From Euglena gracilis (lineage: Eukaryota), in NCBI GenBank assembly GCA_039621445.1, contig CP154954.1, positions 32,899,455-32,963,454 on the forward strand: a stretch of 64,000 nt of DNA, read 5' to 3'. The position numbers were made by a program, and so were the translations under genes. Under the pieces are notes generated by a model. The model searched no databases and was not told the origin of the DNA. It was given only the letters and a program-made list of their open reading frames with translations. The stretch's first letter is position 1. Every line of letters begins with the position of its first letter. This document shows, piece by piece, positions 49,167 to 63,490 of the stretch.

Positions 49167-52100
49167 AACAACACACACACACACACACACACATACACAC
49201 ACACACACACACATATGCAGCAGCATACCTCACTGGATGTGTGGATGCGGCTGACATCTGAACCATGCGAGAGGAAAACAAAATCTGGGACGTGAGTGGA
49301 TGTCAATGGACATGAACAGGGCGGTGCTAAAAAGAAAAAAACCCCCTGTCCCAGGACATTCAATGAAAAAACCAGGAAAAATGGCTGCAAAAATGGCCAT
49401 ATTTTGGCAAACTTTTTGGGGCCTTGAACAGGTTCAAAAAATTTAAAGTCGAAAAACTCGTTTTTTTGTCGTTTTGGGTGGATGGGCGATGTTCCAATAA
49501 TCCCAGAAATCATTTTCCCCCCTGAAATCGACCCGTTTTTGTCGAAATATGGTGTTTTTTTTTGGCCCGGTTTTGTGGATTCTTCATTGAATGTGCTGGG
49601 ACGGAAGCTTTTTTTGACCCTGGTTTTTGGGGGAATTTTCTGCAGTTTCGATTCTTTGGCACCCGGTTTGACCCCCAGAATGGCCCAGTCCCAGGTGGGA
49701 AAAAAGGCTGTACGGGAATCCTGCAGGGGTGGGTGGGGGGGTTGACCCCTCCCCACCAGGCCTTCCTGTATTTCCAAAGTGCCGATTTTTAGATCGACAT
49801 GGTTCTTTGGGGTCTGGGGTTTTCGCTGCGAGGTGCTGTGGTGGGTGGTGGGGCGATCGAGCCTCCCCCACCAGGCCTTCCTGTAACCCCCCCAAAAGCT
49901 GATCTGTAACCCCCGGCTGATCGAACAAAAACCTAAAAACAAGGCACCCCCAAAAAACAACACCCCCCTGATGGTGCAAAGAAACGGGGAGGGTGGGACT
50001 TTTTCTGAAGAAAAAAAATACCGATGAACCCACTTTCAGATGGATTTTTGAAGTGCAAAAAAATGGTAAATATACCGATTTGGACATGGTGCGAAATGCT
50101 GAAGGAAAATTTTGGTGTTTTTGGGAACCCAAAAAATTATGGTTTTTTGGGCCTGGGTCGGTCAGGTGAAAATCTAAAAATAAGACGCCCCCCAAAATAA
50201 GACCCCCCCCCCTGGCGGTTTCCAGCAACGGACCCAAAAATCAGTCCGGAGTCTTATTATGGGGGGGGGGTTACGGGCAGAGCCATGGCCAGAGGGGGAG
50301 GGTCATTTAGCAGCCTTTTTCCAGCCAGCCCAAACTTTCCAGCCTCTCATGGAAATCTGGACCGCCCCCCCCCCCCCGAAGGTTGCTGAGCGACGCCCTG
50401 GCCCAGGATCCCGGGTTTCGAAGAGTACATTGGTGCAAATGGCAGGCTCAAACTTGTCCTCCTGCTCGACTGAACGGCGAAGTTTGGACCACCATTCGCA
50501 TCCCCGCATTGTTGGTGGGATTGCGCACTCCCGGTGCCTGTCCAGGTCCCCCTCCCCTTGCTGGTTTGTTGCTCTTGGTTGGTTCGAGACATTTTGCCAT
50601 GCGACGGTGAGCAGTAGTTGACTGTTCTTTCAACCAGGGAATGTAATAATAACTGTGCCCCCAAATAACTGTGCCCCTGCAAAGCTATTTTGAGAGCGTA
50701 AAACCAGTGGTGGACCCACTTTTTTTCAAGAACCACTTTGTTTCTGAAAGTTGTTGCAACACGATTTACTTCATCGGACAACATAACAAACAGAACATCA
50801 TGGCATGGTCTTTGTCCTTCCACTTCCTCATTTTCCAAGACGATGCACCCCTTTCCACATTTTTCTTGTAAAGGGGGGGCAAAATTATTTGGACAGATCT
50901 TTTTCGGCCATCCCCCCTGTTCTTTGATTTGCATTCACTGATGATGCGCTTGCTAGATTCTCTCTGGGATGGAAATGCACATGACACTGGGAAATAGTGC
51001 ATTTGCATCGGTGCGGTGGGTGAGGTGGTGGGTGGAGAGCAGAAAAGGTCAGCGGGTCAGGAGGCGGGCTGACATGCATATTGCACAGAATATTACAACA
51101 GTTTGGGAAAACCAGACCGACTTCGAAAACAAACAAAACGACACAGACATCATGGCGTTCAAGGTCAGTGGTGCAGCGATGGAGTTAAAAAATGAAACGT
51201 TGAGCAGTGTCCATGACAGGATAACTTCCGCAGGGTGTGAACAGCGCTCTGTAAATGATCGCATTTACCCTGCCCCCCTGCACCTGGGGGTGACCGATGA
51301 ACACCAAAAAAAAAACTTTGGGGGCGAAACAAACACAAGGACAATGTGAAAGACCGACCCCCCCCCCCGCCACAAGGGCTGGTTCAGAAATCCACCGCTT
51401 GCCATTCGTGACTTCATAACGAGACGTCGATGGAAGGGGCTCAGGAAATGTGCAGTGGAGGGGGGACCTTCAGCCAGAAATGGGAGGCCCCGCCCCCCCA
51501 GGGGTATTTGGCGCCAGCCACCCACCACGCCGGGGGGGGGGGTCAGCACTCACCACACAAACTGGGCTAAACGCGAAGTTAGCGCCGGCCATAAACGGAC
51601 AAGAAGTCGTAGTGCAACTCAGGGGGGTGGTCAGCGGCGGGCCTGGGGGGGCCGCAGGGCGGGGCGCTGGGCCGGGGCCTCCCCCGCCGCGGCGCCGACT
51701 AGCCGCCGAAGGACGGCGCTGCCCTTTTTTGGGGTCGGGGGGGGGGGCAACTTTTGGAAATTCCACCTGTGCACCAGTGGTGTCTGATGGCTTTGGGGGA
51801 CACCCATTGCTGCCTGGCCTGGCTGTCACGTGCGAAGGTGGCTGTCCTTTTGGGGGGGGGGGGCATTTTATGACTGTTCTCAAAGCCCCTGGGGTTCCTC
51901 CACGGAACCTCAGCTTGGGGTGTAGGTTGGAATATCCCCAAAGGGTGCCTTGCAGAACCACATGGGGCGTCCGGGAAGGACGGGAAGAGCAGCGCCCGCC
52001 GAGACATGAGGCCCAGCCCGCCGGGGTCCTCCAGCGGGGTGGGCTTGCTGGGGTCTGGCCGGGTCTGGGCCACAGCATTGCTTAATAACCAGCCTGGGGG

Positions 52101-53400
52101 GGGTGGGCAGGGGAGGTTTATTCACCAGCCCACTTTCAACCCCCCCGGGTGGGGACTGGGGGATCACTCCAGCCACTCAAGACAAACTGGTTCAAAACCT
52201 CACGTTGATCAACGTCAAAAAAGCTTTCATTTACATCGCGGGGCACTTGCGGCCGACCCCACCCACTCCGAGGGGTCCGGGGCCCAAAAACCAGTCAGCC
52301 ATCCCCTTGGGGGGGGTCCAGCGCATCCCGAGCAATGCAGTGGTCCGGGCGGCGGCCTGGGCCGCCCCAACGGGCCGCTGGGCCGGGGGTGGCTGGGTCG
52401 GCGGGGGCGGGGGGCCCGGCTGGTGGACGCCGTGGAGGCGGCGGGAGGCGAGCCCGAGGCCGAGGCCCGGGTCGGCCGGCGCGGCGCCGCCCGGGGCGGG
52501 GCGGGCCAGCGGGGCGACGGCGGAGGCGCGGCCGGGGCCGGCGGGGGCCGGGGCGGGGCGGGGCTGGGGAGGGGGGGCGGCGGAGGGGGACGGGGGGAGG
52601 GGCCGGCCGGCCAGGCTGGCGGAGAGGTCGGGGGCCGGGGCGGCTGATGTGCGGTGTGGCCCCAAAGTGCCCCGGGCATACACGTGGGTCTGTTTGCCGG
52701 GGGGCATCCATGGGTAGAGAGGAGGGAGGGGAATACATGGGGGGGCTGGTGCACACGACAGGGTTCTACGGGGATGTACTACTACTATGTCCGCAGCGGC
52801 CGGGACAAAGAGGAAACAAAGGGCCGACATGAAGTTTCGCAGGAAAGCAGGGTCTTTCATCCTTCGGGGGCTGCCTGTCTGAATCAATTCCACCCACCCC
52901 AGTAATCCCCCCAGTGGGGGATGGTGGTGTGTGCTTTGCCTTTTGGCCACAACAAGGATGGATATTGGATATTGGCCCATATCGGGTTTATCGAAAACCT
53001 TGAATTTATGGGGTCCCAAAAAAATATCGTGAAATATCGGCTTTTATTGGGGGGGGCAACGTACTTTTTTGTTCTCTCTTTTTTTGGGGCGACTTTGGGA
53101 TTCTCCAAATCACAAAAATGAGGATATCGGGGCACAAAATGATCATATCGGTTTTATCAACCTTTATCGACGATATCAGGGCTTCAATCCATCCAAATTT
53201 ATCGCGACCTCCAAAAACCAATATCAATATCCATCCTTGGCTACGATAGTTTGCTGCTGCCAAAGCACAATGACACAGAGCAGCCCCGGAGAAGAGCTGA
53301 CAGGTGGACGGTTGGGCAGGGGGGCGAGGGCGGTGGGCTTAGCTGGTGCACGCATAGGAGATGGCATCGAGGGGATGGGAGGGGGACCGCCTTGAAGACA
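48180..53400 (-). CDS. Tentative hypothetical gene with Pro-rich N-terminus and possible vWA-like segment
   Basis: GC-rich exon-like blocks at ~53280-53390, 52340-52640, 51965-52060, 51640-51720, 50400-50500, 48950-49062 (VTIIIDPCSSMG...LRDFL) and 48190-48280 (NLLVILLATQG). Junctions not resolved. Confidence 0.35.
52953..53239. mobile_element. MITE with 14-bp TIR
   Basis: TIR caaggatggatatt / aatatccatccttg. TSD not clean. Confidence 0.7.
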
Positions 53401-54275
53401 TGGGGTGAAACTGGGACTGTGCGTGTGCGTAAGAACTCCAATGCAACGATGAAGAGACCATCTCACATGGATGAAATCATACGCACACACATGTTTGCTT
53501 AACCTTGATTTGTGAAAAGGTGTTAAATACTCATTCGTTTATGGACACACACAATTACTACCTAACCGCCCCCCCCCATACCGAAAGAAACACTGAAGGA
53601 AATAATAAACCCCCCCGTATTATTATCTAGACATTCGGAATTGGGGTCCAGGGGGGTTGATTATTTTGGGGGGGGTTCGTTACTTGGGCGAAATTTTCGA
53701 AGTCAAACATGCACCACCAAGAGGCAATACAGGGGACTTTTTTTGGGCATTTTGGGGCTCCTTTGAAAATGGACGAACTTTGGAACATAATTTCTGCACC
53801 AATTTCCTCCATGTTTGTGTTTCTTTTTTAACCATTCTGTTGATTTCCCCTCTTCATTGCCTTTATGGTTGTCGGGGGGTTATTATTTGGGGATTTTTTG
53901 GGGGTTACAATTTACATTTCCATGCACACCTGCTGAAAAAAAAGGTGCTCTGCCAACCTCCAATTTTTTGAAAGTTGTCCAACAACCCAAAGCCCCTACA
54001 AGTGAAGAGTACCTGAAAGGGGAATTTCAATTTCTTGAATACTGAAGGGTTTTGGCTTTGACCCCGAGGGGGGACACACTTCTCTGCCTCTCTGCAAAAA
54101 AAATCCCTGCTCAACCCTGGCACCTCCACCCTCACTTGCTTGTGAACAACGAGCACAAACAAACAAAAATTATGCATTTGTGTCCATGTGGGTGCTTGCA
54201 TGCACACGTGAGGTCATGCGTGCGCCTGTGCCATGTGTATCTGCGTGTGACAAACACAGTCGGCCCGATAGTTGG

Positions 54276-55274
54276 TCAACGGGGTCCATTCAGGACGTCC
54301 CCGGTGCTGCCGAAGCTGCCCGGCAGGCTGCGGTGGGCGGAGCCGCCCCCCGGGGACGCCCGGTCCGCCCACACCCCCGGCGCGGAGGGGGCGGAGCCCG
54401 TCCGCGGCCCGCCGGCCGCCTCCTCCCGCGACGACCCGAGCGCGCCGAACGTGCGGGAACGCTCGCCGAGGCTGCGGCTGGCGGAGGACGGGCGGAGGGC
54501 GGGCCATCCGGGGCCGACCCCCGACGCCATGTTGTGCACAACGATGGCACTTGCTGGGCATGGATGTGTGGCGGTGTTTTTTTTGGCTGTGGGTAGACAG
54601 AAGGTGGAGTGGAGTACGAAACACCAGCCAGCCGTCACCAACCCTGGCAGGTGGATGGAGTCGGACCCCCCCCAGGGGACCTAAACAGTGGCGTGGTCAA
54701 AATGAAGGATTTTGGGCGTCGGGCTGAAAAATCCCCCCATATGGACCCAAACTGCAATTTTGGGCAGGTTTTGGGCAAAATTCGTCAAAATTGCCAAAAA
54801 AAATTCGGTGTAAAGCGCTGGAAACTGAAAATTGAGGGTCTGACTACCTCCCTGGGATCGGTCCAGACACCTTGGCTGGTGGGGCGGCCAAGGAGGGGGT
54901 AGATCCACTACCTAAAGCCGTGGCACCCTCCTAGCCCCGAACCCTGGTCCCCGACCACAACCCCAGCTGATATGCACCTTGGGGGGGGGGGTTGGGCCCG
55001 CCCTCGGCACTGACTGCAGTTCGATGTCGGTCGGCCGGCCTCCGCCCATTGACTCCAGCAGGCTGGCCTGCAGGCCTGCCGGACACTCCCGGCCCCGCGG
55101 CGACGCCCTCCCATCAACAACAGCAGCAGCCACCCCCAACCTCCCAATCCTCGAAATACAGATGCTGTGTATAAGGTGTATGTATATGTGTATATGTATA
55201 TGTTTATGTTTACATGTATGTACACGTATATGTACACATGTACATATACATATACGTATACGCATATGAATATG

Positions 55275-55313
<39 letters not shown>

Positions 55314-58300
55314 GTATGTGTATAGGTATGTGTATGTGCATATATTTATGCATATGTATATGTATATGCATACGTGCATGTATATGTTTTTTGCATATAC
55401 TTACATGTGTATATGTATATGCATGCGTGTATATGTATTTTTTACTTATATGTATTTGCATGTGTACATGTATATGTATCTGTATATATGTATCTGTATC
55501 TGTATTCATATATGTATATGCATATGTGCATGAATCTGAACATATATATATCTGCATCTGTATAATATATGTATATGTACATGTATATGCACATGTGGCA
55601 GGCGGGTGGGTAGCAGGGGTGCCCGGGGGGGCCCCTGCTACCCGCGACCCTGCACTGGGTTAGGGTTAGGGTTAGCAGGCCCCCCGTGGGTAGCAGGCCC
55701 CCCGGGGGGGGGCTGCTACCCACTTGCCGTATATGTATATGTACGGGGACACTGTTATGTGAAATATTAAATAAAGTTTTGGACGAAGACTGCAGATCCA
55801 ATTATTTTAGTGCTTTTTAAATTTTTTTCCTTTGTAGGACTGAATTGGGGGTTTTCAAAGAAAATGTTCCTGTTGTGCTGTTTGTATTGTGCTCTTGAAC
55901 CTTTGGCCTGTTATCTAAATCTGGTTGTGGTTACGCTTATGCCCCACAGGTGAGCGGATGCGGTGGCGATGTGCATCAACCCTCCCAAATGAGAACCTGT
56001 GGACTGCCAACAGTAAGACTATCCCAAAAGTTCAGACACCTGGCGGCACCAGGTGCCAGAGGTGATGAAGGTGTTCTTTGGACTTTTATCGAAAATCCAA
56101 ATCCCAACTTCAGGCGCACAAAAGACAAATATATATTTTTTTGGGATAGCCAAGACCGGAAGGACATCCAAAATCTCATTTTACAACAATTTGAATGAGG
56201 CATACATCGCGCTAAAGGAAACCTTGCTTATTTTTGTCAGAAAATGTAGTGCATTTGGGATCAGAGGCTCCACTTAAAAAAAACAAGAACCAGATGGATT
56301 GCCAGAGGTGACTTTCCCTTTCTTCAAAAAAAATTGTTTGAATTGTCAAAACCCATATTGGATTACAAAGGCAGGCGTTGGAAACTGCAGCAACAAAAAC
56401 AGTCATCTTCAAAAAAAAGTTCTGCAGAACAGAGGTCTTTTGGTGCCTTGCACCGAATTCTTTTCCGTCAAGCCCTGGCTTGCCGGGTTGCGAAACCTTT
56501 ATTATCACTGACTGTCAGGGGGTTTTGCAGCCTGGGGAGCTGCTTGTTGGGGAAAACGAGTGCTGGCTGGGAGCCTCCCCCCCAGGTAAATAGGGTGGGG
56601 TCCGGACAAAAAAAAATCCCTGATACATATGCATGTGCATATACATATGCATATGCATAAACACATACATATACATTTACATACACATATGCATATATAT
56701 ATACATATGCATATACACATACACATACACATATACACATACATATACATATACATACACATGTACATACACAAATATGTATGCATATATGGATGCGGAT
56801 ACGTACACATGTGCATTCACAAATACATATACACATACACACATTACATTATACGTACACACACATGCATGTAAACCCAGCTCAAACGTTTTTTTCACGC
56901 TTGTGTCCAATTTCCACTGTTGGTGCCATTAGGCGCAGCCGCGGCTGAGGCAGCTTGCCAGGGATGGTTTGGGCCACAGACATTCCTGGTGGTGGGCCAT
57001 TGAGGCCGGGGCTGGGCGAAAACACAATCCACCCCCATCTAAAGCGGTGCCTGAAACTTTGAAAATAAAAACCGAAAACGTTGAAAACACCAAACATTGG
57101 AAACCAGACAAATTTAATCGAAAAAAAAATGCCAGGAGTCAATGCATTTCTGGCACAGAAGAAATGTGCGAGAAAAGAACAGGGCTTTCAATGGTTTGGA
57201 ACATAAATCCTCGGCTAGGAATGCGTGAAAAAATATCACTTGCTCTGAGGACAACGGTGGACTACCAAATTTTATCAAGGATTTAATTTAGACCCTCATT
57301 TGGGGGAATCGGACTGGATGTTTTCAGAAGGCTGCGCCCACGCTCAGGCACCCACCCCCACACCCCCACCCCCATTCACACCACCCCCACACCACACCCA
57401 AACCCCCACCCCCACCCACGCACCCACCCACCCACAGACCGCCCCTCCCCGGGCGAACTGCTGGTCCAGCCTCCGGTGCAGGGCCTCCAGCCGCTTCTCC
57501 GGGGGCAGCTGCGCCTCCCGCTGGGCGGTGCGCCGCGCCTGGGTCTCCCGCCGCCGCTGCATCCGCCGGATGCGGTCTGCCACGCCGCCCCACTCCTCCG
57601 CCGGGGGGCCGGCCGGCGGACCGGGGCCTGTGCGGGGGAAGGTGGGGGGGGAGCAAAGCCCGCCACTGTCCCCCGCGCAGTTTGGCTTAAGGACCGGGGT
57701 CTTTAAGCAAACCATTTTCCGAGCCAATGGGGAAAAAAGCCACGGGCTGGACCCCTCGGCTGAAACCCCTGAAATGGGGGAAAAAAGCTCATCCGGCGCT
57801 GTGTGTCAGAGGCGGAAATGGGACTTTCAGGGCGTTGTTGGGCGAATTTTGTTCAAAAAATCCCGAATTGCCAAAAACGGTCATTTGGGGCAGGCTTTGG
57901 GCTGTCAAAAAAATCCACAAACTGGCCCTGCTGGCGCACCCCCCCCTCCCCAGGGGTCCACAAGCCAAATTTGAACTAGCTGCAGTCGAGCCCTCCCCCC
58001 CCCTGCTGAGGGGTACTGCAGACCCTTGAGCAGAAGCCTGGTCCCTCACCCCCCACCTCACCAAGGCTGGTGGAGACTTAAAGGTAGGGGATTTCCCTCC
58101 CGCCCAGCCCAGTGCAGGCCAAACTGTACAAAGCGCACCCCAAAATGCCATTTGTGTTTTTTTATGGTTTTTTTTTGGTTTTTAGGATCTTTTCTTAGCT
58201 TTATGAGCAAAGAAAAAAATATCGAAAACAATTCAAAGATCAAGATTTTGACACAAGATTTTTTCTTCAAAGCAGTACTAGAAAAACCACAAAAATATTT

Positions 58301-61300
58301 AAAAAATTGCACTTTTAGTGCAATTTTATTCATTTTATTCAATGACAATTTTATTTATTTTCACTCCACATTTTCTTTATTATTGGCTTTAAAAAAAAAA
58401 CGGCGAAAGAAAGGGTTCCTGAATTTTTATGGATTTACGGCAGCCCCATGACACAAAACCCCAACGTCGCCCAAATGGAGCTCAAAAAACCCAGACGACA
58501 ATCCAACAAACGACCAAACACGAAACTGTGGAACAAATATCTGTGGGGTTTAGCAGCTCCGCATTTTTGCGCATTAAAAAAGATTTCCTGATTTGCTCAG
58601 ACCAGGGTTTTTCAAGAGAGAATTGTCTGTTGTTCACCTTTTGATTTTATTTTTGCACTGCGGTGCATAAATTTTGGTTGGCTTAATTTTGTCTTCCTAG
58701 CAAACCACATGGCAGGTTGAAGCAATTGTGCTTTGGTGCCAAGCAATGCCACATTTTCTTCGTCTTGGCTGTTGTATGTCTGTGCATGTTTGCACTTTTC
58801 TTTTTGCCCATGGACGCCTCAATGAGCCCGTGTCTTTCGTGTTTCGCCGAGTTTTGTCAATTTGTTTTTGTTGACGGATCACGTGCCACATTGGTTATTT
58901 TTTTTAAATGTATTTTTGCTTCGTCCCCTTTGCCCAATATTGGACCAAGGCAGAAACAGCGCCCTCACCAACCTATGGTATGCTGATTTGTGGACCGCCA
59001 AGTGATTTAGACTAGGGCTGGATAGAGGTAGAGGTCGAGGTCAAAACCTCTACCTTTATCTGACCCACCTCCACCTCAACCTCTACCTCTATGTCACCTC
59101 TATGTCCATAAAATGTCATAAAATGGCACAAAAAAAGGTCATAAAACACCCCAAAATGCCTCAAATGTGGCAAGTCTCATCAAAACACGTCCAATTAGGG
59201 TCGGAATGAGAATGAGAAATATTATCCAGGTGGGTGGTTTTGAAAGTTGTCATCACAGATATGTGAAATGACCCCAAAAATGAGCAAAAGTGTGCAAAGT
59301 GAGCAAGCACAAAACCGAAAGCACATTCCACACATTCGGAATCCAGCGCCAACTTGTATCGCATAGATGCCCATGGAATCTATTGAACAAATTGCTTTGT
59401 GAATTTTTTCGAAAATCTTTCCAAATGAGCGAAAATGGTCACAAAGATAAAGAATGGCATAAAACATCGGCTACAAAAATGCACACAAAAAACCAGAATG
59501 GTGTAAAATGACCTGAAATATTTTGCACTTGCTCATTTTGACCAAGCAAGGCCCAAAAGCCCCAAATCAGCTCAACGTTGATCCAAATTTGTCAAAATAG
59601 CCCCAGATTCACAAAAACCGAATCCAAATCGCCAAAATGGGCATAATATCAGAGACAAGTGAAATAATCCCTCATAAATCCAAAAAAATGACGTGGTTCG
59701 GGCTTGAAGAACATGGGTGTGTGAGGGGGAGATGAACCAACAGAATCACCCCTTGGCAACCCTGCCGCTGCACCAGACCACACCCTGAAACACCTGCAGA
59801 GGGGCAGTTCCCCCTCACTGAAGGACGTGAATTCTTGCCTTGACACCTGCCGTCGCTGAGCCCAGGGTTTTCCACGCTGCTCTTGGAACAACGCTGGCAG
59901 CAACCGGCCCATCACCTCCGCCGGGTGGGGGACGGTTGCACGTGCGTTGTGAGGTGCTCCACACGTTCATAAAAGCAGCATAGGCTGGGCTGGGCACTGG
60001 ACTGCAGCAGGTGAAGTCGAATGCGCAGGCGCGCATTCTGTTTTGCTCAATGACTTGACGACACCTGCAGCACCGCCCCAGAGTATGCATGGCAGCACAC
60101 AGCCAATGGCCGCACTGACCAACCTTACGTTGGGCTGCAGTGCATGGTGCAAGGAGCACTGTGCCCCACAATTAGGGTCAAAGCAGGGGATTGCGTCTGG
60201 TTCCACACACATGGTGCTCACGGGGTTGGCACCTTGAGAGTGAAACACGCCTATCACCACCTTCGGCATCATTCCCAAAAACGGTGTGTAAACACAGAAT
60301 TATTTCACATTCAAAATGGACTCAAAGAAGTGAACGCCATTGGACAGTCCTTGACCAAAAATTCTCCAGGCCCTTGAGACCGTGAGTCAGGCACAAGCAC
60401 ATCACAAAAGAAAACGACCGATAAAACCGATAATTTTTCCCTTCCTGCTTGTTCTGTGTATTCCACTGTGTCGCACCATGGGACTTCAGTGCCCAAGGAA
60501 ATTCCTCAGTGACGGGCACCCTAATTCCCAACTGCGTTCAGCAGTCTTTCATGGCATGAGTGAAAAGACGGTGAATGCACACATGCGCAAAAAAGCGTCT
60601 TGTGCCTTTCTTTGAATTGCAGCCACGCTGCTGAATTTTGTACACCCAGGTGGGCCTGCCACCACCCACGCTCACTCCCCCCCCACCAGGCCTGGGTTTA
60701 AAACCACATGGCTGAAATATAGACCTCCCTGTGAGGATCGAATGGTGTCCGAGGACAAGGCAACCCTGAAGCGAAACACGGCAGGGGAGGACCACCGCCT
60801 GTGGCCTTGTTGGCAACAAACGTCACCCACCACACAGATCCCTTTTTTATCATGTACTCAGAGTCGACGCTCCAGCACTCAAAGCCACACAAGTTGTTTG
60901 GCATGGCCCTGCATAGCAACCTCCTACCAGGGTGCCTTAAGGTGAGACACAAGAAGGGAATGCACATGTGCGCATTCACCCCGATGTGCCATGTTTGACT
61001 GCAACCATTGCAGATGGGGTGTGTGGAGAAAGTGTCTTCATATGTGCTTTCCTTGGTCTTCACAGCAGCCAGGAGGCCAGGTGGAGGCAGCCCAGGAGAC
61101 GTCAACCCTACTGGCGGCATCCACCTTTGCAATGAGATGCCTCTGAAATCGCTAACAAAAAGGGTGTAGCCCTGTCACAATGCTGCGCTAGCACTGGGTT
61201 CAGGAGTGCAAGACACAGCTCCCCACAACACAGAGAATGCGCACATGCGCACTCCCCCTCACGGAATGCGCAGGTGCGCACTCTTGTGGATGCCCAGCGC

Positions 61301-63490
61301 TGCTCCCCTCCTGCTTTTCTGCAGATAGAATCACAGCCAGCCAGCGAAGGAATGGCCTCAAGAGTGCGCACGTGCGCATTCTTGTGCCTCATGCAACCTC
61401 GGAGAGGAGACATTTTATGTTGTTTGTGAGGGCTGTTCTGGTGGGTGTAGTCTGTGGCAAAAAGGGTTGAAGTGGGGCTCCGTTCTGTAGCTTTTAAAAC
61501 CAGTGACACACAAGAAAGGAGTGCAAACCAGCCCCCCCCCCATACCCAGCAGCCCATCCCAAACGTCAGACCTAAACACAGGTGGTCGCACATGGTGATG
61601 TGCCGTGGTGCCTATGAGAAGACATGCGGGACGGACTGCGGGTGCCACTGGAGGGATGCTGTGCCTGTGTCAAGGAGGGGCGCAGTGCACCGTGTGCAAT
61701 GCAAACAGCAGGCAGCCTAACGAAAGGTAACGAGCCCTCCCCTACAGACATCTGGTGTGGATTTAAACATACCCTCCCCACCACTCTCTGAATGCAGACT
61801 ACAGGCACAGAACAAACCTTCGCTAGCGCCCCCTTGTTGGCCCTCCTGGCCTGCTTCCAACACAGGGTACAGAACCTCCCCTCCAGTCTAACCGTAGAGA
61901 CCACAATGCCCCCTTCCCACCCCCACCCCCAGGAGCCACAATAACTGAAACTTCAGGAAAAGTCTGGGAGGGGAGGGGGGTGAATGCACACCTGCGCATT
62001 CACTGGGCACCACAAAACAGGGGGGACAGCGACAGGTACAACAGCTTCACCTGACGAGGGTTCGCCCTTGCGATACAGCGTTTCGTGTCGCACCAACTTC
62101 GGCAGACGGGGGTTTCCACACGGTCGGCGGAGGTGGTAAACCGTCATTTTCAAAACGAAAAATGTCGGTTTACCCAGAAAAAAACCCGGGGGTCGAAAGC
62201 AGTGGTACTAATTTTGGTACCACGGGTTCCAGCTGACGGGTGCGCCGCCCCGTCAAGTGATGGCGACACATTTGGTCAAAAAAGAATGTGCAGGTGCGTA
62301 AAAAGCCACCAAAAATGAAAAGTGCATTCCCGGCCGTTTAAATAAACATTCCAAGACACACTTCTTAAAGGCGTCAAAGCAAAGCTTAAAATTTAATAAA
62401 ATCCCACTTCTTTTGTTGCCTTGCTTTTTTTGTGTCCTTTTTGAGCAAATAAAAAGAAAACTAACCAGAAAAAAGTTCAGAAATGGGAGAAAATAAAATA
62501 ATAATAAAATAATAAAATATAAATAAACGGGAACAAATGAAATATAAATACATCTGTTCAAACCTTCAAAAGTTAAACTACCGAGAAAAAAGTCGATGTC
62601 GATGGGGGGGGCAGGCACCCAGGAAAGCGAGGGGCACACCGTGGCTCGGGACAGGCTGTGGCGCACTGTCGTTCATCCAGGCATGAACCGTGCGGCTGGC
62701 GTCGGTTACAGGGCGCTGACCGGTCTTCCCCCAACCTCAACGTGCCTTGGCCTGTTTTTCAGTCGTTTCGGTTGGTTCGTTGGCTCAGCCGGTACAGCGT
62801 TTCCAATGCATCATAATGGACGGCGAAAAAGAAACGATGAAAATTTCAGATCAGCGGAAAATGCGGTATGCAGAAGATGGCACGAGCGGAAAATCGAATG
62901 TTGAAAAGATGCCAAACCTTCTGTCTGTGAAATTCAAATTTTAAACTGAATTAGGAGTCACCAAAACAGAATTCTGAATTTTCAAACAACAAGTGGTGAA
63001 CTTCACAGAAAGCGTGATGAATTTCTATAAAAACTTTTTGGAAGGACTGGGAGGGTGGTTCTCTGGGTCAACCCTGGGTGTTTGGGTCAGGTGGGGGCGG
63101 CAGGCTGGGCGGGGCCCCCGGCCCCGGCATCGGCGACGGGGCAGGCGGCGGTGGGTTGCGGCGGAGGTACTCCTCCATGGGGGTGGGGGCGGCGGGGTCC
63201 GGTGGGGGCCGGTCCAGGCCATGGGCCGCCATCGCCTGCGCCAACACCGTCGACACGTTGACGGCCGGCCACCGGGCGAGCGCTTTGCTGGGGGGGGGGG
63301 GGGGCAGGGCGGTCCACCACGAAGAAAAGAAAGCCCGTCTTCTTCCGCCGTCGCCCAGCCTTCTTCCCCACTCCACACCCGTCGTCGTCATCACGGGGGG
63401 GAGTATGACAAGCACCGCCCGGGGCAGGTACCTCTCCTCGTCAAACGCCACCTCCACCCGGCCGTACAGCTCCGCGTCGTCGTCCTCCAG
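54276..63490 (-). CDS. Hypothetical Pro-rich/coiled-coil protein, partial (5' part lies beyond the window)
   Basis: GC3-rich exon-like blocks: ~63420-63490 (LEDDDAELYGRVEVAFDEERYLP), ~63110-63266 (AVNVSTVLAQAMAAHGLD...MEEYLRRN), 57440-57627 (EEWGGVADRIRRMQRRRE...LHRRLDQQFAR, flanked by cag and gt), ~54990-55110, and ~54276-54510 ending in TGA. Confidence 0.6.
55168..55595. repeat. (TATATG)n degenerate microsatellite
   Basis: Read directly. A complementary-type tract lies at 56623-56872. Confidence 0.93.
59700..61900 (-). pseudogene. Possible heavily decayed non-LTR retrotransposon (RT) fragment inside an intron
   Basis: About 2.2 kb of high-complexity, stop-ridden sequence with faint, correctly ordered RT-like traces (LRP, possible YADD relic near 60900, LGH, C..C). 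No intact motif. Confidence 0.3.
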
